A DNA stretch of 64,000 nucleotides from Candidatus Peribacteria bacterium RIFCSPHIGHO2_01_FULL_51_35 (lineage in GTDB: Bacteria; Patescibacteriota; Gracilibacteria; Peribacterales; Peribacteraceae): positions 22,549 through 86,548 of the forward strand of contig MFXP01000015.1 in NCBI GenBank assembly GCA_001787535.1, given 5' to 3'. The position numbers were made by a program, and so were the translations under genes. The notes beneath the pieces are model-generated. The model was not told the origin of the DNA. It worked only from the letters and a program-made list of their open reading frames with translations, and made no database searches. Shown piece after piece: positions 8,881-18,757 of this stretch; positions within the stretch are counted from its first letter, which is position 1, and each line of letters begins with the position of its first letter.

Positions 8881-9918
8881 ATGAAAATCTTGTTTGCCGG
8901 CGGCGGCTCCGTCGGGCACATAGCGCCGAGTGTTGCTGTGTGGCAGGCGATGAAGCAATTGGATGCGTCCACAGAGCCGCTGTTCCTATGTTCCGACCGC
9001 ATGGAAGATCTGAATTATATCGCGAAGGAACGCGTTCCTGTGCGCGCCGTGGCTCTGCCGAAACGCAATCTCTGGATGCCGATGCTCCTCGTACAGGCGT
9101 ACCGCCAAGCGGCGCTGAGCATTCGCTTATTCAAGCCTGACGTCGTCTTCAGTAAAGGAGGCGCGGTGAGCGTGCCCATCTGCCTTGCTGCGTGGTGGAA
9201 AAAAATTCCGATCGTGCTGCATGAATCCGATGCGCGCATGGGCATCGCAAACAGAATGATCGCAAAAATTGCAGACACGGTGTGCCTGGGATTCGATGAA
9301 ACAATGATCGTGGATCCCCGCATGCAGGTGACAGGCAATCCCGTCCGCGCGGGCGTCACGAAAGGAGTAAAAGAAGAAGGGCTGCGCATAACAGGTTTTT
9401 CCGGCGACCGTCCTGTGTTGATGGTGATAGGAGGAAGCCAAGGGGCAACGGCCATCAATGATGTCGTCCGCACGCTTCTTCCCAAACTTCTCGAAACATT
9501 TGATGTTATTCATCTCACGGGTCCCGGAAAAAATGGAGCACCCAAGACGGCCGGCTATTTCGCCAAAGAATTCGCGTATGAAGAACTCCCTCATTTGTAT
9601 GCCGTCACGAGCGTCGCACTCAGCCGTGCGGGTGCGGGAGGTATCTGTGAACTTGCAGCGAACGGCATCCCGACTATTCTGACGCCCCTCCGTGGCGTGG
9701 CAAACGATCATCAGCAGGCAAATGCACTCGCAGCTGCCCGTTCGGAGGGGTGCATTGTGCTTCCTCAAGAAAAGTTGTCTGCCGAGCTCTTGCCCACCCT
9801 CCAAAACATGATCGAGCCCGGCCGTCACGTGCTTCTTTCCGAACGAATTTCAGGTCTGAACCCCCCGAATGCGGCGCAGAGGATTGCCGAAATCATCCGC
9901 AGTACAGCTAAAAAATAA
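8881..9918 (+). CDS. murG: undecaprenyldiphospho-muramoylpentapeptide beta-N-acetylglucosaminyltransferase
   Basis: MKILFAGGGSVGHIAP N-terminus, GGSQGA motif, 345 aa. Confidence 0.95.
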   Translation: MKILFAGGGSVGHIAPSVAVWQAMKQLDASTEPLFLCSDRMEDLNYIAKERVPVRAVALPKRNLWMPMLLVQAYRQAALSIRLFKPDVVFSKGGAVSVPICLAAWWKKIPIVLHESDARMGIANRMIAKIADTVCLGFDETMIVDPRMQVTGNPVRAGVTKGVKEEGLRITGFSGDRPVLMVIGGSQGATAINDVVRTLLPKLLETFDVIHLTGPGKNGAPKTAGYFAKEFAYEELPHLYAVTSVALSRAGAGGICELAANGIPTILTPLRGVANDHQQANALAAARSEGCIVLPQEKLSAELLPTLQNMIEPGRHVLLSERISGLNPPNAAQRIAEIIRSTAKK

Positions 9919-10005
9919 AAGAGATGTCCTGCAACTAGCCAGCAGTACAAAAAAGTAGCCCCATATCTTGCAAAACAGGGGATGCCTCTTTACCCTGCCC
10001 GAGCT

Positions 10006-10785
10006 ATGAAAAAGTTCCACACGTTGATCATTCCGCTGTTTGCGTTGGCCTTTCTTTTGGTGAGCTGCAAAGCGCCCGCCGTTACCAATGAGCCTCCTGC
10101 CACGAACGAGCAGACGAACGGAGAAGTATCCGGTACCCCATCTTCTATGGCCAATGATTCCTTCGACGGACAGATCCTCAAAGGCAAGCACACCGCCGTG
10201 TTTCACACGTCGATGGGGGATATCACGGTGCAATTGGATGCCGATGCCGCGCCGAAGACCGTCACGAACTTCGTGGCACTGGCAAAGTCCGGCTACTACA
10301 ACGGCTTGCTCTTCCACCGCGTCATTCCCGATTTCATGATTCAGGGAGGCGACCCGAACGGCAACGGCACGGGCGGCGAAAGCATTTTCGGTGATTCGTT
10401 TGAGGATGAGATCAACGCGAACACTTACGGACTCGACAAAAAGAAACTGAAGGATGCCGCAGCGGGACAGCCGCTGCCGGATGAAATCAAGGACAAGACG
10501 GTGAAGGAATACTACGAGATGCAAGGCTACGTCTACAATTCCAAACTGAAGTCTCTGCCAATGGTGCATGGCGCTCTCGCCATGGCGAACCGAGGTCCGA
10601 ACACGAACGGCAGCCAGTTCTTTATCGTTCAGGCCACTGCCACGCCGTGGTTGGATGGCAAGCACACGGTCTTTGGTAACGTCACCAAGGGACTCGACAT
10701 CGTCGATGCCATCGCCAAGGTTGCTCGCGACAGTTCGGATAAGCCGCTTGAGCCGATCACGTATAACGTGGAAATTGTAAAATAG
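10006..10785 (+). CDS. cyclophilin-type peptidyl-prolyl cis-trans isomerase, lipoprotein
   Basis: Lipobox LLVSC after [16 protein letters not shown]. Cyclophilin motifs [15 protein letters not shown] and SQFFI. The start is chosen at the internal Met. Confidence 0.9.
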   Translation: MKKFHTLIIPLFALAFLLVSCKAPAVTNEPPATNEQTNGEVSGTPSSMANDSFDGQILKGKHTAVFHTSMGDITVQLDADAAPKTVTNFVALAKSGYYNGLLFHRVIPDFMIQGGDPNGNGTGGESIFGDSFEDEINANTYGLDKKKLKDAAAGQPLPDEIKDKTVKEYYEMQGYVYNSKLKSLPMVHGALAMANRGPNTNGSQFFIVQATATPWLDGKHTVFGNVTKGLDIVDAIAKVARDSSDKPLEPITYNVEIVK

Positions 10786-10793
10786 CTCTTGTG

Positions 10794-10856
10794 GAAGACA
10801 TAAGACACAAGATGTAAGACAGCTGTATCTTGTGTCTTATGTCTTGTATCTTTTTT
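10794..10856 (+). terminator. AAGAC-word hairpin followed by a T-run (likely intrinsic terminator of the PPIase gene)
   Basis: AAGACACAAGAT (10802-10813) pairs with ATCTTGTGTCTT (10827-10838). The centre is ACAGCTGT and TTTTTT follows. Confidence 0.7.
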
Positions 10857-10861
10857 CCCGT

Positions 10862-12319
10862 ATGAGAACCAGATTCGCCCCTTCTCCAACAGGCTACCTT
10901 CATGTGGGGGGGCTGCGCACTGCGCTCTATTCCTATTTGATCGCGAAGCAGACGAAGGGCGAGTTTCTTTTGCGCATTGAAGATACGGATCAAGAACGCA
11001 GCGTGGAAGGCACAGTGGAAAGCATTCTTCGATCTTTGGAGTGGGCGGGAATTTCACCCGATGAAGGCGTTGTGCTCAAAGGAACATCAGTCGATCAGGT
11101 GGGAAAAGTGGGACCGTACTTCCAGTCTGAGCGTCTGGATGTGTATAAGAAGTACGCGCAGGAACTGCTGGAGAAAGGCCACGCGTATCCGTGTTTCTGC
11201 ACTGCGGATCGCCTGGCACAGATGCGTGATGATCAGACGAAAGCCAAGCAGGCACCCATGTATGACCGTCTCTGCATGTCTCTTCCTAAAGAAGAGGCAG
11301 CAAAACGCATGGCGAACGAGCCGCACGTGCTGCGCTTGAAAGTTCCACGCACGGAAGTGATTACATTTGAGGATGACATCCGTGGAAAACTCTCATTCCA
11401 AGGGCATGTCGTCGATGATCAAGTGCTGCTGAAGAGTGACGGCTTCCCGACGTATCATTTGGCGCATGTTGTGGATGACCATTTGATGAAGATCGACATT
11501 GTGATTCGGGGTGAGGAGTGGCTGAGTTCTCTGCCGAAACATTTATTGCTTTTCCGATACCTTGGCTGGACGCCACCGCGCTACGCACACGTGCCGCTGC
11601 TGCTGAATAAAGATAAAACGAAGCTGAGCAAGCGCCAGGGTTCCGTATCTGTGGAGGAATACATCACAAAAGGATACTTGCCCGAAGCACTTTTGAATTT
11701 CCTCGCGATGCTGGGATGGAATTCCGGCACAACACAGGAATTATTTTCATTGGAGGAACTCATTGATGCCTTTTCGATCGACCGCGTACAGAAATCCGGC
11801 GCGATTTTTGATCTGGAGAAGCTCGATTGGCTTCAAGGCCAGTGGATGCGGAAAATTGAGCCACCTGAATTTGCCGAACGGATCCTTCCGCTGGTTGCAG
11901 AGAAGTACCCGGATGCGAAAAAAGACAAAGATTTCGCAAAAAAAGCCGCGCTGATTCAGGAGCGTCTGACATTGTTCCCGGAAGCACCGGAGATGATGTC
12001 CTTTTTCTATGAAGAGCCAAAAGTCACCGTCGATCTGCTCGCGAACGAAAAGCAAAAGGTAACTTCTGCGGATGTTCCGAAGATTCTTGCGCTTCTCACG
12101 AGCACATTGGAATCCATTGACGATTGGACACTCCCGAATATTCAATCCGCACTCGAAAAACTTGCGACGGAAGGTTACAAAAAGGGTCAAATCCTCTGGC
12201 CGCTGCGCGCTGCACTTACCGGTAAACCATTCAGCCCGGGAGCATATGAAGTGGCGGAGGTACTTGGAAAGGAAGAAACGATAAAACGGCTTACAGCTGC
12301 TTTAAAATCGATCTCCTAA
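10862..12319 (+). CDS. gltX: glutamate--tRNA ligase
   Basis: RTRFAPSPTGYLHVGGLRTAL (HIGH region), KLSKR (KMSKS region), 485 aa from the internal Met. Confidence 0.95.
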   Translation: MRTRFAPSPTGYLHVGGLRTALYSYLIAKQTKGEFLLRIEDTDQERSVEGTVESILRSLEWAGISPDEGVVLKGTSVDQVGKVGPYFQSERLDVYKKYAQELLEKGHAYPCFCTADRLAQMRDDQTKAKQAPMYDRLCMSLPKEEAAKRMANEPHVLRLKVPRTEVITFEDDIRGKLSFQGHVVDDQVLLKSDGFPTYHLAHVVDDHLMKIDIVIRGEEWLSSLPKHLLLFRYLGWTPPRYAHVPLLLNKDKTKLSKRQGSVSVEEYITKGYLPEALLNFLAMLGWNSGTTQELFSLEELIDAFSIDRVQKSGAIFDLEKLDWLQGQWMRKIEPPEFAERILPLVAEKYPDAKKDKDFAKKAALIQERLTLFPEAPEMMSFFYEEPKVTVDLLANEKQKVTSADVPKILALLTSTLESIDDWTLPNIQSALEKLATEGYKKGQILWPLRAALTGKPFSPGAYEVAEVLGKEETIKRLTAALKSIS

Positions 12320-12324
12320 CATCC

Positions 12325-13191
12325 ATGCAGATTCAAGAACTTGTCGCTGTCGGCTCTAAAACTACTATGCGCATTGGCGGGCAGGCTCGCTATTATGCGG
12401 AAATCGCAACAAAAGAAGATGCGGAAGAAGCTTTGCGATTTTCCAAAGAAAAAAATATCCCGTTGATCATCCTCGGCAGCGGCAGCAACACTGTTTTTGC
12501 CGACGGAGTGATTGAGGCGTTGGTCGTGCGCATCAAAGCAGACAAAACTTCTGTTGAAGGAAATCAAATTCGTGTGGAAGCAGGAAAAAATCTCGCGATG
12601 CTCATCAATGAACTCGCAAAACAGAATTTGGATCTCTCTGCGCTCACGGGAATCCCCGGAACTCTCGGCGGGGCGGTCTTCGGCAATGCAGGACAGGGAC
12701 AGAAGGGGATTTGGATAGAATACTATGTGAAGGATGTGACAGCGCTCATCGACGGGCGATGGCAGACGCTTCCAAAAGCGGCATGCGAATTCAAGTACCG
12801 CGAGAGCGTCTTCAAGCACATGAAGGAACCTCTCATTTTGTGGGAAGTCATTTTGGAAGTGCCCACACGCGATAGAGCCCTTGTGGAAGCCGAAGTTAAG
12901 GTTCTCCTTCAAAAGCGCATCGAGACGCAGCCGCACATCAAAACTGCAGGTTCTTGCTTCAAAGCAGTCGGCGACACACCTGCGTGGAAGCTGATAGATG
13001 CTGCGGGACTCCGTGGAACAAAAATCGGCGATGTGCAAATTGCAGAGAAGCACGCGAATTTTCTCCTGAACATCGGCAAAGCAAATTATGAAGATGCAAA
13101 GGCAATCGTGAAAAAGGTCAAAAAAACGATCACGGAACCGCTGGATGTGGAGATGCGGTTCATCGAACCGGATGGATCGTTGGCGTTTTGA
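12325..13191 (+). CDS. murB: UDP-N-acetylenolpyruvoylglucosamine reductase
   Basis: TMRIGG, ILGSGSN, GIPGT.GGAV.GNAG and SCFK motifs; 288 aa. Confidence 0.95.
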   Translation: MQIQELVAVGSKTTMRIGGQARYYAEIATKEDAEEALRFSKEKNIPLIILGSGSNTVFADGVIEALVVRIKADKTSVEGNQIRVEAGKNLAMLINELAKQNLDLSALTGIPGTLGGAVFGNAGQGQKGIWIEYYVKDVTALIDGRWQTLPKAACEFKYRESVFKHMKEPLILWEVILEVPTRDRALVEAEVKVLLQKRIETQPHIKTAGSCFKAVGDTPAWKLIDAAGLRGTKIGDVQIAEKHANFLLNIGKANYEDAKAIVKKVKKTITEPLDVEMRFIEPDGSLAF

Positions 13192-13199
13192 TAATCATC

Positions 13200-13236
13200 G
13201 CGGGTCGAACCTGCCTGCCGGTAGGCAGGGACCCGC
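13200..13236 (+). terminator. GC-rich nested hairpin 3' of murB
   Basis: GCGGGTC..CCTGCC-tgccggta-GGCAGG..GACCCGC. Its inner core is related to the hairpin at 43139-43176. Confidence 0.55.
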
Positions 13237-13323
13237 TCTGATTAAATCCAACAACCAACAAGAGCGCGTCTTTTTATCCTGAGTGAGTCGAAGGACGACG
13301 CGCGATATTTACACATTTGGAAC

Positions 13324-13584
13324 TTAGTTTTCTTCTTTTTCCCTTTGTTCCAACCAACTTTCCACTTTTTGCATCATATTGCAAACTATACAAGCATCAA
13401 ACCAAGTGAAAGAAAGCTCAGGATCCGCAGCAAAACGCCCCAGGGTTTCTTGCAATTGCTTTCGGTATTCCGGCAGATAGCGAAACTCGTATCTTTCATT
13501 GCCCCTGAGAAGGACTAGCTGGTACACAAGCATCGCCTGATCTTCGGAGGCCCTTTCAATAGACATAGATCCAACATACGCCAA
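13324..13584 (-). CDS. hypothetical protein
   Basis: 86-aa ORF in a visibly A+T-richer patch. No motif recognised. Confidence 0.35.
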   Translation of the reverse strand: MAYVGSMSIERASEDQAMLVYQLVLLRGNERYEFRYLPEYRKQLQETLGRFAADPELSFTWFDACIVCNMMQKVESWLEQREKEEN

Positions 13585-13678
13585 ACCATAACAACGAAAA
13601 AGGAGAGTGGTCGCCCACCCTCTCTTTTCCGCTCACCGTAGCTGCGACGCGGCATCGCAGCTACGGGATTCATGTGAT

Positions 13679-14533
13679 TCAAAACGGCAAATCCTCTGCT
13701 TTGATTTCGGATGCGTAGGCAATCTCCGGCACCTCTACGGATGCAGAGGCGGGAGCGCTGTCGTCCGACTTAGCATCAGAGCGGGCAGGACGTGCATCGG
13801 CACGGAAAGAAGTTTCCGCGACGGAGTTTTTCACGCCAAGGAGCAGAACGGAGTCTGCAATGACTTCCGTCGTGTAGCGCTTGTGGCCGTCTTTGGTTTC
13901 CCAACTGCGTGTTTGCACGCGGCCGGAAACAAAGACACGGTTGCCTTTCTTGATGTTGGAAGTGACTTCCTGAGCAAGCGCACCCCAGATGACGACGTTG
14001 TGAAATTCGGAACGCTCTTTGAGCTCATTCGTCGATTTGTCTTTCCACTTTTCATTCGTGGCGACACCCAGTGTCAGCACTTGTACGCCGCCGGTGGTGG
14101 TGCGCAGTTCCGGATCACGAGTGACGTGACCGATAATGTCTGCGCGGTTCAAATTATTGGTGATGGACTTTGCATTCGCAGGTGCTGCGAGCTGCCCGTC
14201 CTTGGGATCTAAAAGAATCATATCGAGCGCGACCATCTTGGTCTTGCTGCGCTTTTCACCGGTCTTTTCATCTTCCCAGCTGTCTGTTTGGAGGCGGCCC
14301 GCGACGAAGACGTGGCTGCCGGGTTTCACGAAACGTCCCGCGACGTCCGCCATGGGACCCCACAGAGTGACAGTGTGAAAGCCTTTGCCGTCCAGCATGT
14401 CGCCGCTTTCGGCTTTGAAGGAATAGGGAACGACAAGGTTAAGATCGACAACACTCGTACCGCTGGGCGTCTGCCGAGGGGAAACGGGTTCTGTCTGGTA
14501 GCCGATGATGTGCACGCGATTGAGGGAGAACAT
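13679..14533 (-). CDS. ssb: single-stranded DNA-binding protein with two tandem OB folds
   Basis: Two SSB-like OB segments (NRVHIIGYQT... and NRADIIGHVTRDPELR...), then a disordered Ala/Ser/Asp-rich tail ending in the acidic tip EDLPF. Confidence 0.85.
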   Translation of the reverse strand: MFSLNRVHIIGYQTEPVSPRQTPSGTSVVDLNLVVPYSFKAESGDMLDGKGFHTVTLWGPMADVAGRFVKPGSHVFVAGRLQTDSWEDEKTGEKRSKTKMVALDMILLDPKDGQLAAPANAKSITNNLNRADIIGHVTRDPELRTTTGGVQVLTLGVATNEKWKDKSTNELKERSEFHNVVIWGALAQEVTSNIKKGNRVFVSGRVQTRSWETKDGHKRYTTEVIADSVLLLGVKNSVAETSFRADARPARSDAKSDDSAPASASVEVPEIAYASEIKAEDLPF

Positions 14534-14839
14534 ATCTCGAAGGGAGAAATGGGATAAAAGGAGGTCACGAGCAGTGCGTGCTGCTTTACGATGACTTGGC
14601 TTCCGTCCTAGCTAGAAACGGCAACCGCCACAGTTGTACACTCGTACACCAATGGATGGCAACAGATTGTAGTGGCAAGAGCTCGTAATTATTTTCTAAA
14701 TATACATTTTCCTATCTCAAAATACAGGAATGTTTTCCGTCAACATCGGTTACGGGTTCTTGGCCTCAGCTTGCTGTGATCAGCATCATTTTTCTGTTAT
14801 AATTATCAGATTTTACATACACACACCCGCTCTTGGCTT

Positions 14840-17800
14840 TTGCTCATTTGCTCGGGATTCTTAGCTGCCCTGGGAGCCTCTGCAGTGCATGCCGAACATT
14901 TCTCTATCTCCAAAAATCCTCCGGCCTCCTTTGAGGAGATCAAGAAAGTCGTGACCGAGGACATTCCGAAGGATTTGAAAAAGGCGCAGTGCGGCGGATG
15001 GGATACGGATCAAAGCGTGGTGGGAAAAATTCCTGTCGTGACAGGCGTGCCGGGACGCGATGCGGATCCGCTGGGAAACATTCGCTCCGGCATGGCAAAA
15101 CGAAATGATAATTTTATTTTCCCCGATGAACCGACGACGAAAGGACTGGCGACTGCCTGCCAACCGAATGTCGGAAACAAAGATGATCCTGCATCGCAGA
15201 CAATCAAGGTGTTGCAGTGGACAGGTTTCGGCCCCGCGGAAAATAAACGGGAGATCGAGGTGCCGCATCCATACTTCGAGGATCCCCCTTGCGTGTGGCG
15301 GGCGGGTGGAGAAAAACTTCAGCCACCCTTGAACGAAGCGAAATGTCGTGAATTTTGCGAGTTTGTGAACAGTCCGCTCTTCACGTTCTGGGATTGCAGA
15401 GTGTCTGCGCCCATCTTGGACGATGCAGGCAATGTTGTCGGCACGCAATGCATTCAGGACGGCCAGAAATACACCTGCACGCAGGACTGGATAGACCTCC
15501 CCTTTGACGGAGGCGATCCGAACAATTCGGTGGATGCGAATCTCGCAGGCATCATTCCGCAACTGAAACAGTTCTGCGATCCGAATGCGCCGCACCCGGC
15601 GGCAGGTTTGTCCAATGCGCGTTCGTGCAGAGGAGAAGCATGCCGCACTGTCGAGGGAAACAACGCGCCATACATGTCGTACTACCGCAGTTATGAAGCA
15701 AGTTACCGACGCGATCCTGTGATCACGGACAAGAACACGGACATTGCCTCCAACAATGCGCAGGTGGCCTGTTACGGTCTCTACAGAGAATTCGATCCGA
15801 AGACGAAAGTGATGGAGAAAGAGGATCAACGGTGCGTGATCCAAATGGACGTGTCGCAATACCCAAAAAGCCAGCAGGGGAAGGGTGACACCAAGAGCGA
15901 TCTTGCGGATCCGGATCCTTCCGGGCCGATTCTTCGCGATCCGACGTTCAAGGAATCGGAGGATCTGTGGTACCAAAACTTGGGAGGAGGAATGTCCTTC
16001 CTGAACGACAAAGTATTTTCGGAAGAATTTGCGAAAGATTTATCGACGGCGCTCCTTACGGCCGACGAAGCCAAGCAGCGTGCGGCGCAGCCATTCGTCG
16101 ATCCTAAAAAGACGGTAGCCGATGCGGCGTTGGTGCGCGCGTTCGATGATACGGTTTCAAACGAGCGTGGCGATAAGCGCACCGTTACGGAATGGTGGCA
16201 GCGCTTGGAGACGGACGCCAACCGCATCTTCACACGACCGGTGGTGAGGCTGTTCCTCCCGCCCGCATGGTCGTTCGGCATCGATGCATTGGACCCCATT
16301 CTTGTGCAGAATGCGAACTCTCCGGAAGGATCGGATCCCGCGGCCGTGATTCGCAGCGACCCGCGCATGCTCTCCATCGAAGCGCAGTTGAATGCCAAGG
16401 AAGACACGCTGGGGCAAGTGGCAAAGTTGCTGGAGCGCAACCTTCTCTTCACGACGCAGGAGGAGATTATTCCGTTCGTCTACCCTCTGGGTTCTGTGAC
16501 GGAATTCCGGGCTGTGAAGCAAGCGTGGATCACGTGGCGAGCCATTCAGAAAGGCGCGGATGGATCTGCACCGTTCCCTGGCGAAGACGAAGTGAACGCC
16601 CTGATTGAAAAATTGGAACAGTACGCCATACAAGCGGAAGGCGTTCGCACGCTCCGTGCCGAACTGCCGCGCTACATTGGTCAGCTCACGGCCAGACAGC
16701 AGGAAATTGCCGCGGAAATTGCGGCGTGGGAGGAAAAGAATCTCACAGCGTACCGTGATTATCTCGTGGGACTCAAGCAAATGGATGAACTGCGCTCGAC
16801 GTGGAGAACACTCCAGCAGAAGTACATCGATTTCCATGACAAGACGAATATGCCGTGGTGCAAGAACGACCGCTTCACGACGTCGATCTACTCGCTCGTT
16901 TCCCTCTGGCTCCCGCAGCGCGAAGGGCAGCAAGGGTTGGATTTGGACAGCGACGATGTCGGCTCCTGCGAAGCGCAGGATGGCCTGCCTCGTTTCTGTG
17001 TTCCGGAGAACGAGAAAGATCTGGTCTTCGATTTCACTCATATGGAATTCACGCGTGCAAAGACTCCCGTGAAAATCCCGGTGCTCAAGCCTACGCTCGT
17101 GCGCTTACAGCTTCCGCTGCCGCCGGGGCACACGGAAACAATCCAAGATCCAAAGGCGCTGGAACTGCCGGATTTCCCGCCGGTGCCTTCCATTTTCGCA
17201 GCGCTCTCTCAGCAACCGTTTCCGCAAATCAAAAAGCCGATCAACGCTCCCGACATCATCGAAGTGAACAGGCTGCTGCCCAGCGAACCGCGCATGGAAC
17301 AGTGGAAAGACGTGCTCACGCGGGCGACGACGGTCATCACGAACATGAACGAAGCCTACAAACAATTCTGGGACAGCATTCAGATGTTCGATCCCGCGTG
17401 GCGCGAGCGTGAAAAAATGCCCGAGCCGACGTGCGATACCGAAGACGGTCCCGTGCCTATGCAACCGTTGGACTGTTGCGGCTTCGGCAAGGTGCACTGC
17501 GTGCACCCGGAGCCGGATCTGCTCGAAAGGATCAAGCGCATCGGCGACAGGCCCGCAGTCTTGGTCAAGGAAGATTTCCAAGCGAGGGGTGACCCAAGAA
17601 AATTGCCCGAATGCGACCCGAAAGATCATGTGTGCCAGACGGTGCTCCCGGAGGAGCGATCGCAGGTGCAAGGGTGGCAGGTGCAGATGCCGAAGGAATC
17701 GCCCGACGCGGAAACCATGATCGAAAAACTGCGCACGAACCTGCGCGAACAAACACTCACGCCCGCAGCAGAGATCCGGGGCAACATTCCATATGAGGAA

Positions 17801-17893
17801 TCGGCGACCGAACTCTACCCCGTATTCGACGTGCCGCGCGCATTTGATCTGCGTCCGCCCGTGAAATCTTCTTCTTCGTCCTCCACGCAATGA
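14840..17893 (+). CDS. secreted Cys-rich protein 1 of a five-gene operon (1017 aa, unknown function)
   Basis: The longest ORF in the region, with a hydrophobic N-terminus LICSGFLAALGASAVHA. It has a TTG start in the track, so the start is uncertain. Many Cys residues. Its stop overlaps the next start (ATGA). Confidence 0.7.
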   Translation: MLICSGFLAALGASAVHAEHFSISKNPPASFEEIKKVVTEDIPKDLKKAQCGGWDTDQSVVGKIPVVTGVPGRDADPLGNIRSGMAKRNDNFIFPDEPTTKGLATACQPNVGNKDDPASQTIKVLQWTGFGPAENKREIEVPHPYFEDPPCVWRAGGEKLQPPLNEAKCREFCEFVNSPLFTFWDCRVSAPILDDAGNVVGTQCIQDGQKYTCTQDWIDLPFDGGDPNNSVDANLAGIIPQLKQFCDPNAPHPAAGLSNARSCRGEACRTVEGNNAPYMSYYRSYEASYRRDPVITDKNTDIASNNAQVACYGLYREFDPKTKVMEKEDQRCVIQMDVSQYPKSQQGKGDTKSDLADPDPSGPILRDPTFKESEDLWYQNLGGGMSFLNDKVFSEEFAKDLSTALLTADEAKQRAAQPFVDPKKTVADAALVRAFDDTVSNERGDKRTVTEWWQRLETDANRIFTRPVVRLFLPPAWSFGIDALDPILVQNANSPEGSDPAAVIRSDPRMLSIEAQLNAKEDTLGQVAKLLERNLLFTTQEEIIPFVYPLGSVTEFRAVKQAWITWRAIQKGADGSAPFPGEDEVNALIEKLEQYAIQAEGVRTLRAELPRYIGQLTARQQEIAAEIAAWEEKNLTAYRDYLVGLKQMDELRSTWRTLQQKYIDFHDKTNMPWCKNDRFTTSIYSLVSLWLPQREGQQGLDLDSDDVGSCEAQDGLPRFCVPENEKDLVFDFTHMEFTRAKTPVKIPVLKPTLVRLQLPLPPGHTETIQDPKALELPDFPPVPSIFAALSQQPFPQIKKPINAPDIIEVNRLLPSEPRMEQWKDVLTRATTVITNMNEAYKQFWDSIQMFDPAWREREKMPEPTCDTEDGPVPMQPLDCCGFGKVHCVHPEPDLLERIKRIGDRPAVLVKEDFQARGDPRKLPECDPKDHVCQTVLPEERSQVQGWQVQMPKESPDAETMIEKLRTNLREQTLTPAAEIRGNIPYEESATELYPVFDVPRAFDLRPPVKSSSSSSTQ

Positions 17894-18729
17894 AACGCAT
17901 TCTTTTGATTCTCATCGGCATCGCTCTTCTGCTCCAACCCGCTCTTGTGAGAGCCGCTGCGCAGACGCCATCGGGCGCGTGTCTGCAAGCGGTGAACAAG
18001 GAGCTCTCCCGGGAGCAGCGTATTTATAGAACCATGCTCTTCGGATTTACGAAGGCTGCCGATGCGCCGCTGGGCGACCGGCGATACGACAAAGAAGGCA
18101 ATGCGTGGATCAAAATGCGCAAAAATTCTTGGCGCTCGCAGACAAAAGGATTTGGGGGGGCGACGTGGTCCGATGCACAGATGGATTTGATGGTGGAGCG
18201 GGACTTTATGGCGGCAACCCCCGTACGTCGCGGCATTTTTGAGACGAAGAAGGCGCTGACCTCGGAGCTGATTCCTCCACTCCTCCAGAGTTTCCGCGCA
18301 TTCCGCTGTCGCGTGGAAGCCGTATGCAAAGCGGTGTCGCTGAGCATTCCGCAGAGCGGCTCGACGGAAGGAAAAATATTGAAGGTTGAAACGCCCGGGT
18401 GCATGGATTTCGCAATGTCGCCCGTGGAAGCCTGCATGCTGGGAGCAGAGAAGGATGCCGATGGCACGTTCGCACACAAAGGCGATGAAGCCGTTGCACG
18501 CACGTACTGCACGCATGTGGGACAGCAACTTTTGGAACGTGAGAGTGATGTGCTGAAGCTCGCGGTTTCCTATGACGCCGCATATCGGTCGCTGCTGCAG
18601 TTCGCAGGACACTTCGATCTGTTCCTGGAGGAATTCCGGACATCCATTTCCACCCCCATTCGCCAGGCAGTTTCCCTTCTGGGACAACTGCAACAAATTC
18701 CGTGTTTCATTTCGCAATGTGATGAATAA
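17890..18729 (+). CDS. secreted Cys-rich protein 2 (279 aa, unknown function)
   Basis: MKRILLILIGIALLLQPALVRAAA signal-like N-terminus and an ATGA overlap with the upstream gene. Confidence 0.7.
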   Translation: MKRILLILIGIALLLQPALVRAAAQTPSGACLQAVNKELSREQRIYRTMLFGFTKAADAPLGDRRYDKEGNAWIKMRKNSWRSQTKGFGGATWSDAQMDLMVERDFMAATPVRRGIFETKKALTSELIPPLLQSFRAFRCRVEAVCKAVSLSIPQSGSTEGKILKVETPGCMDFAMSPVEACMLGAEKDADGTFAHKGDEAVARTYCTHVGQQLLERESDVLKLAVSYDAAYRSLLQFAGHFDLFLEEFRTSISTPIRQAVSLLGQLQQIPCFISQCDE

Positions 18730-18757
18730 CACCCACGCCAAGTTCGGCGAAGCGATC

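Noticed and set aside
13200-13236. tRNA fragment suggested by GGGTCGAACC
   Set aside because: No cloverleaf can be drawn. The sequence is a simple nested hairpin 3' of murB.
14534-14839. Promoter or ncRNA in the ssb / five-gene-operon divergent spacer
   Set aside because: A TATAAT at 14798-14803 is present but there is no acceptable -35 element at proper spacing and no convincing structured element. This is not enough to call.
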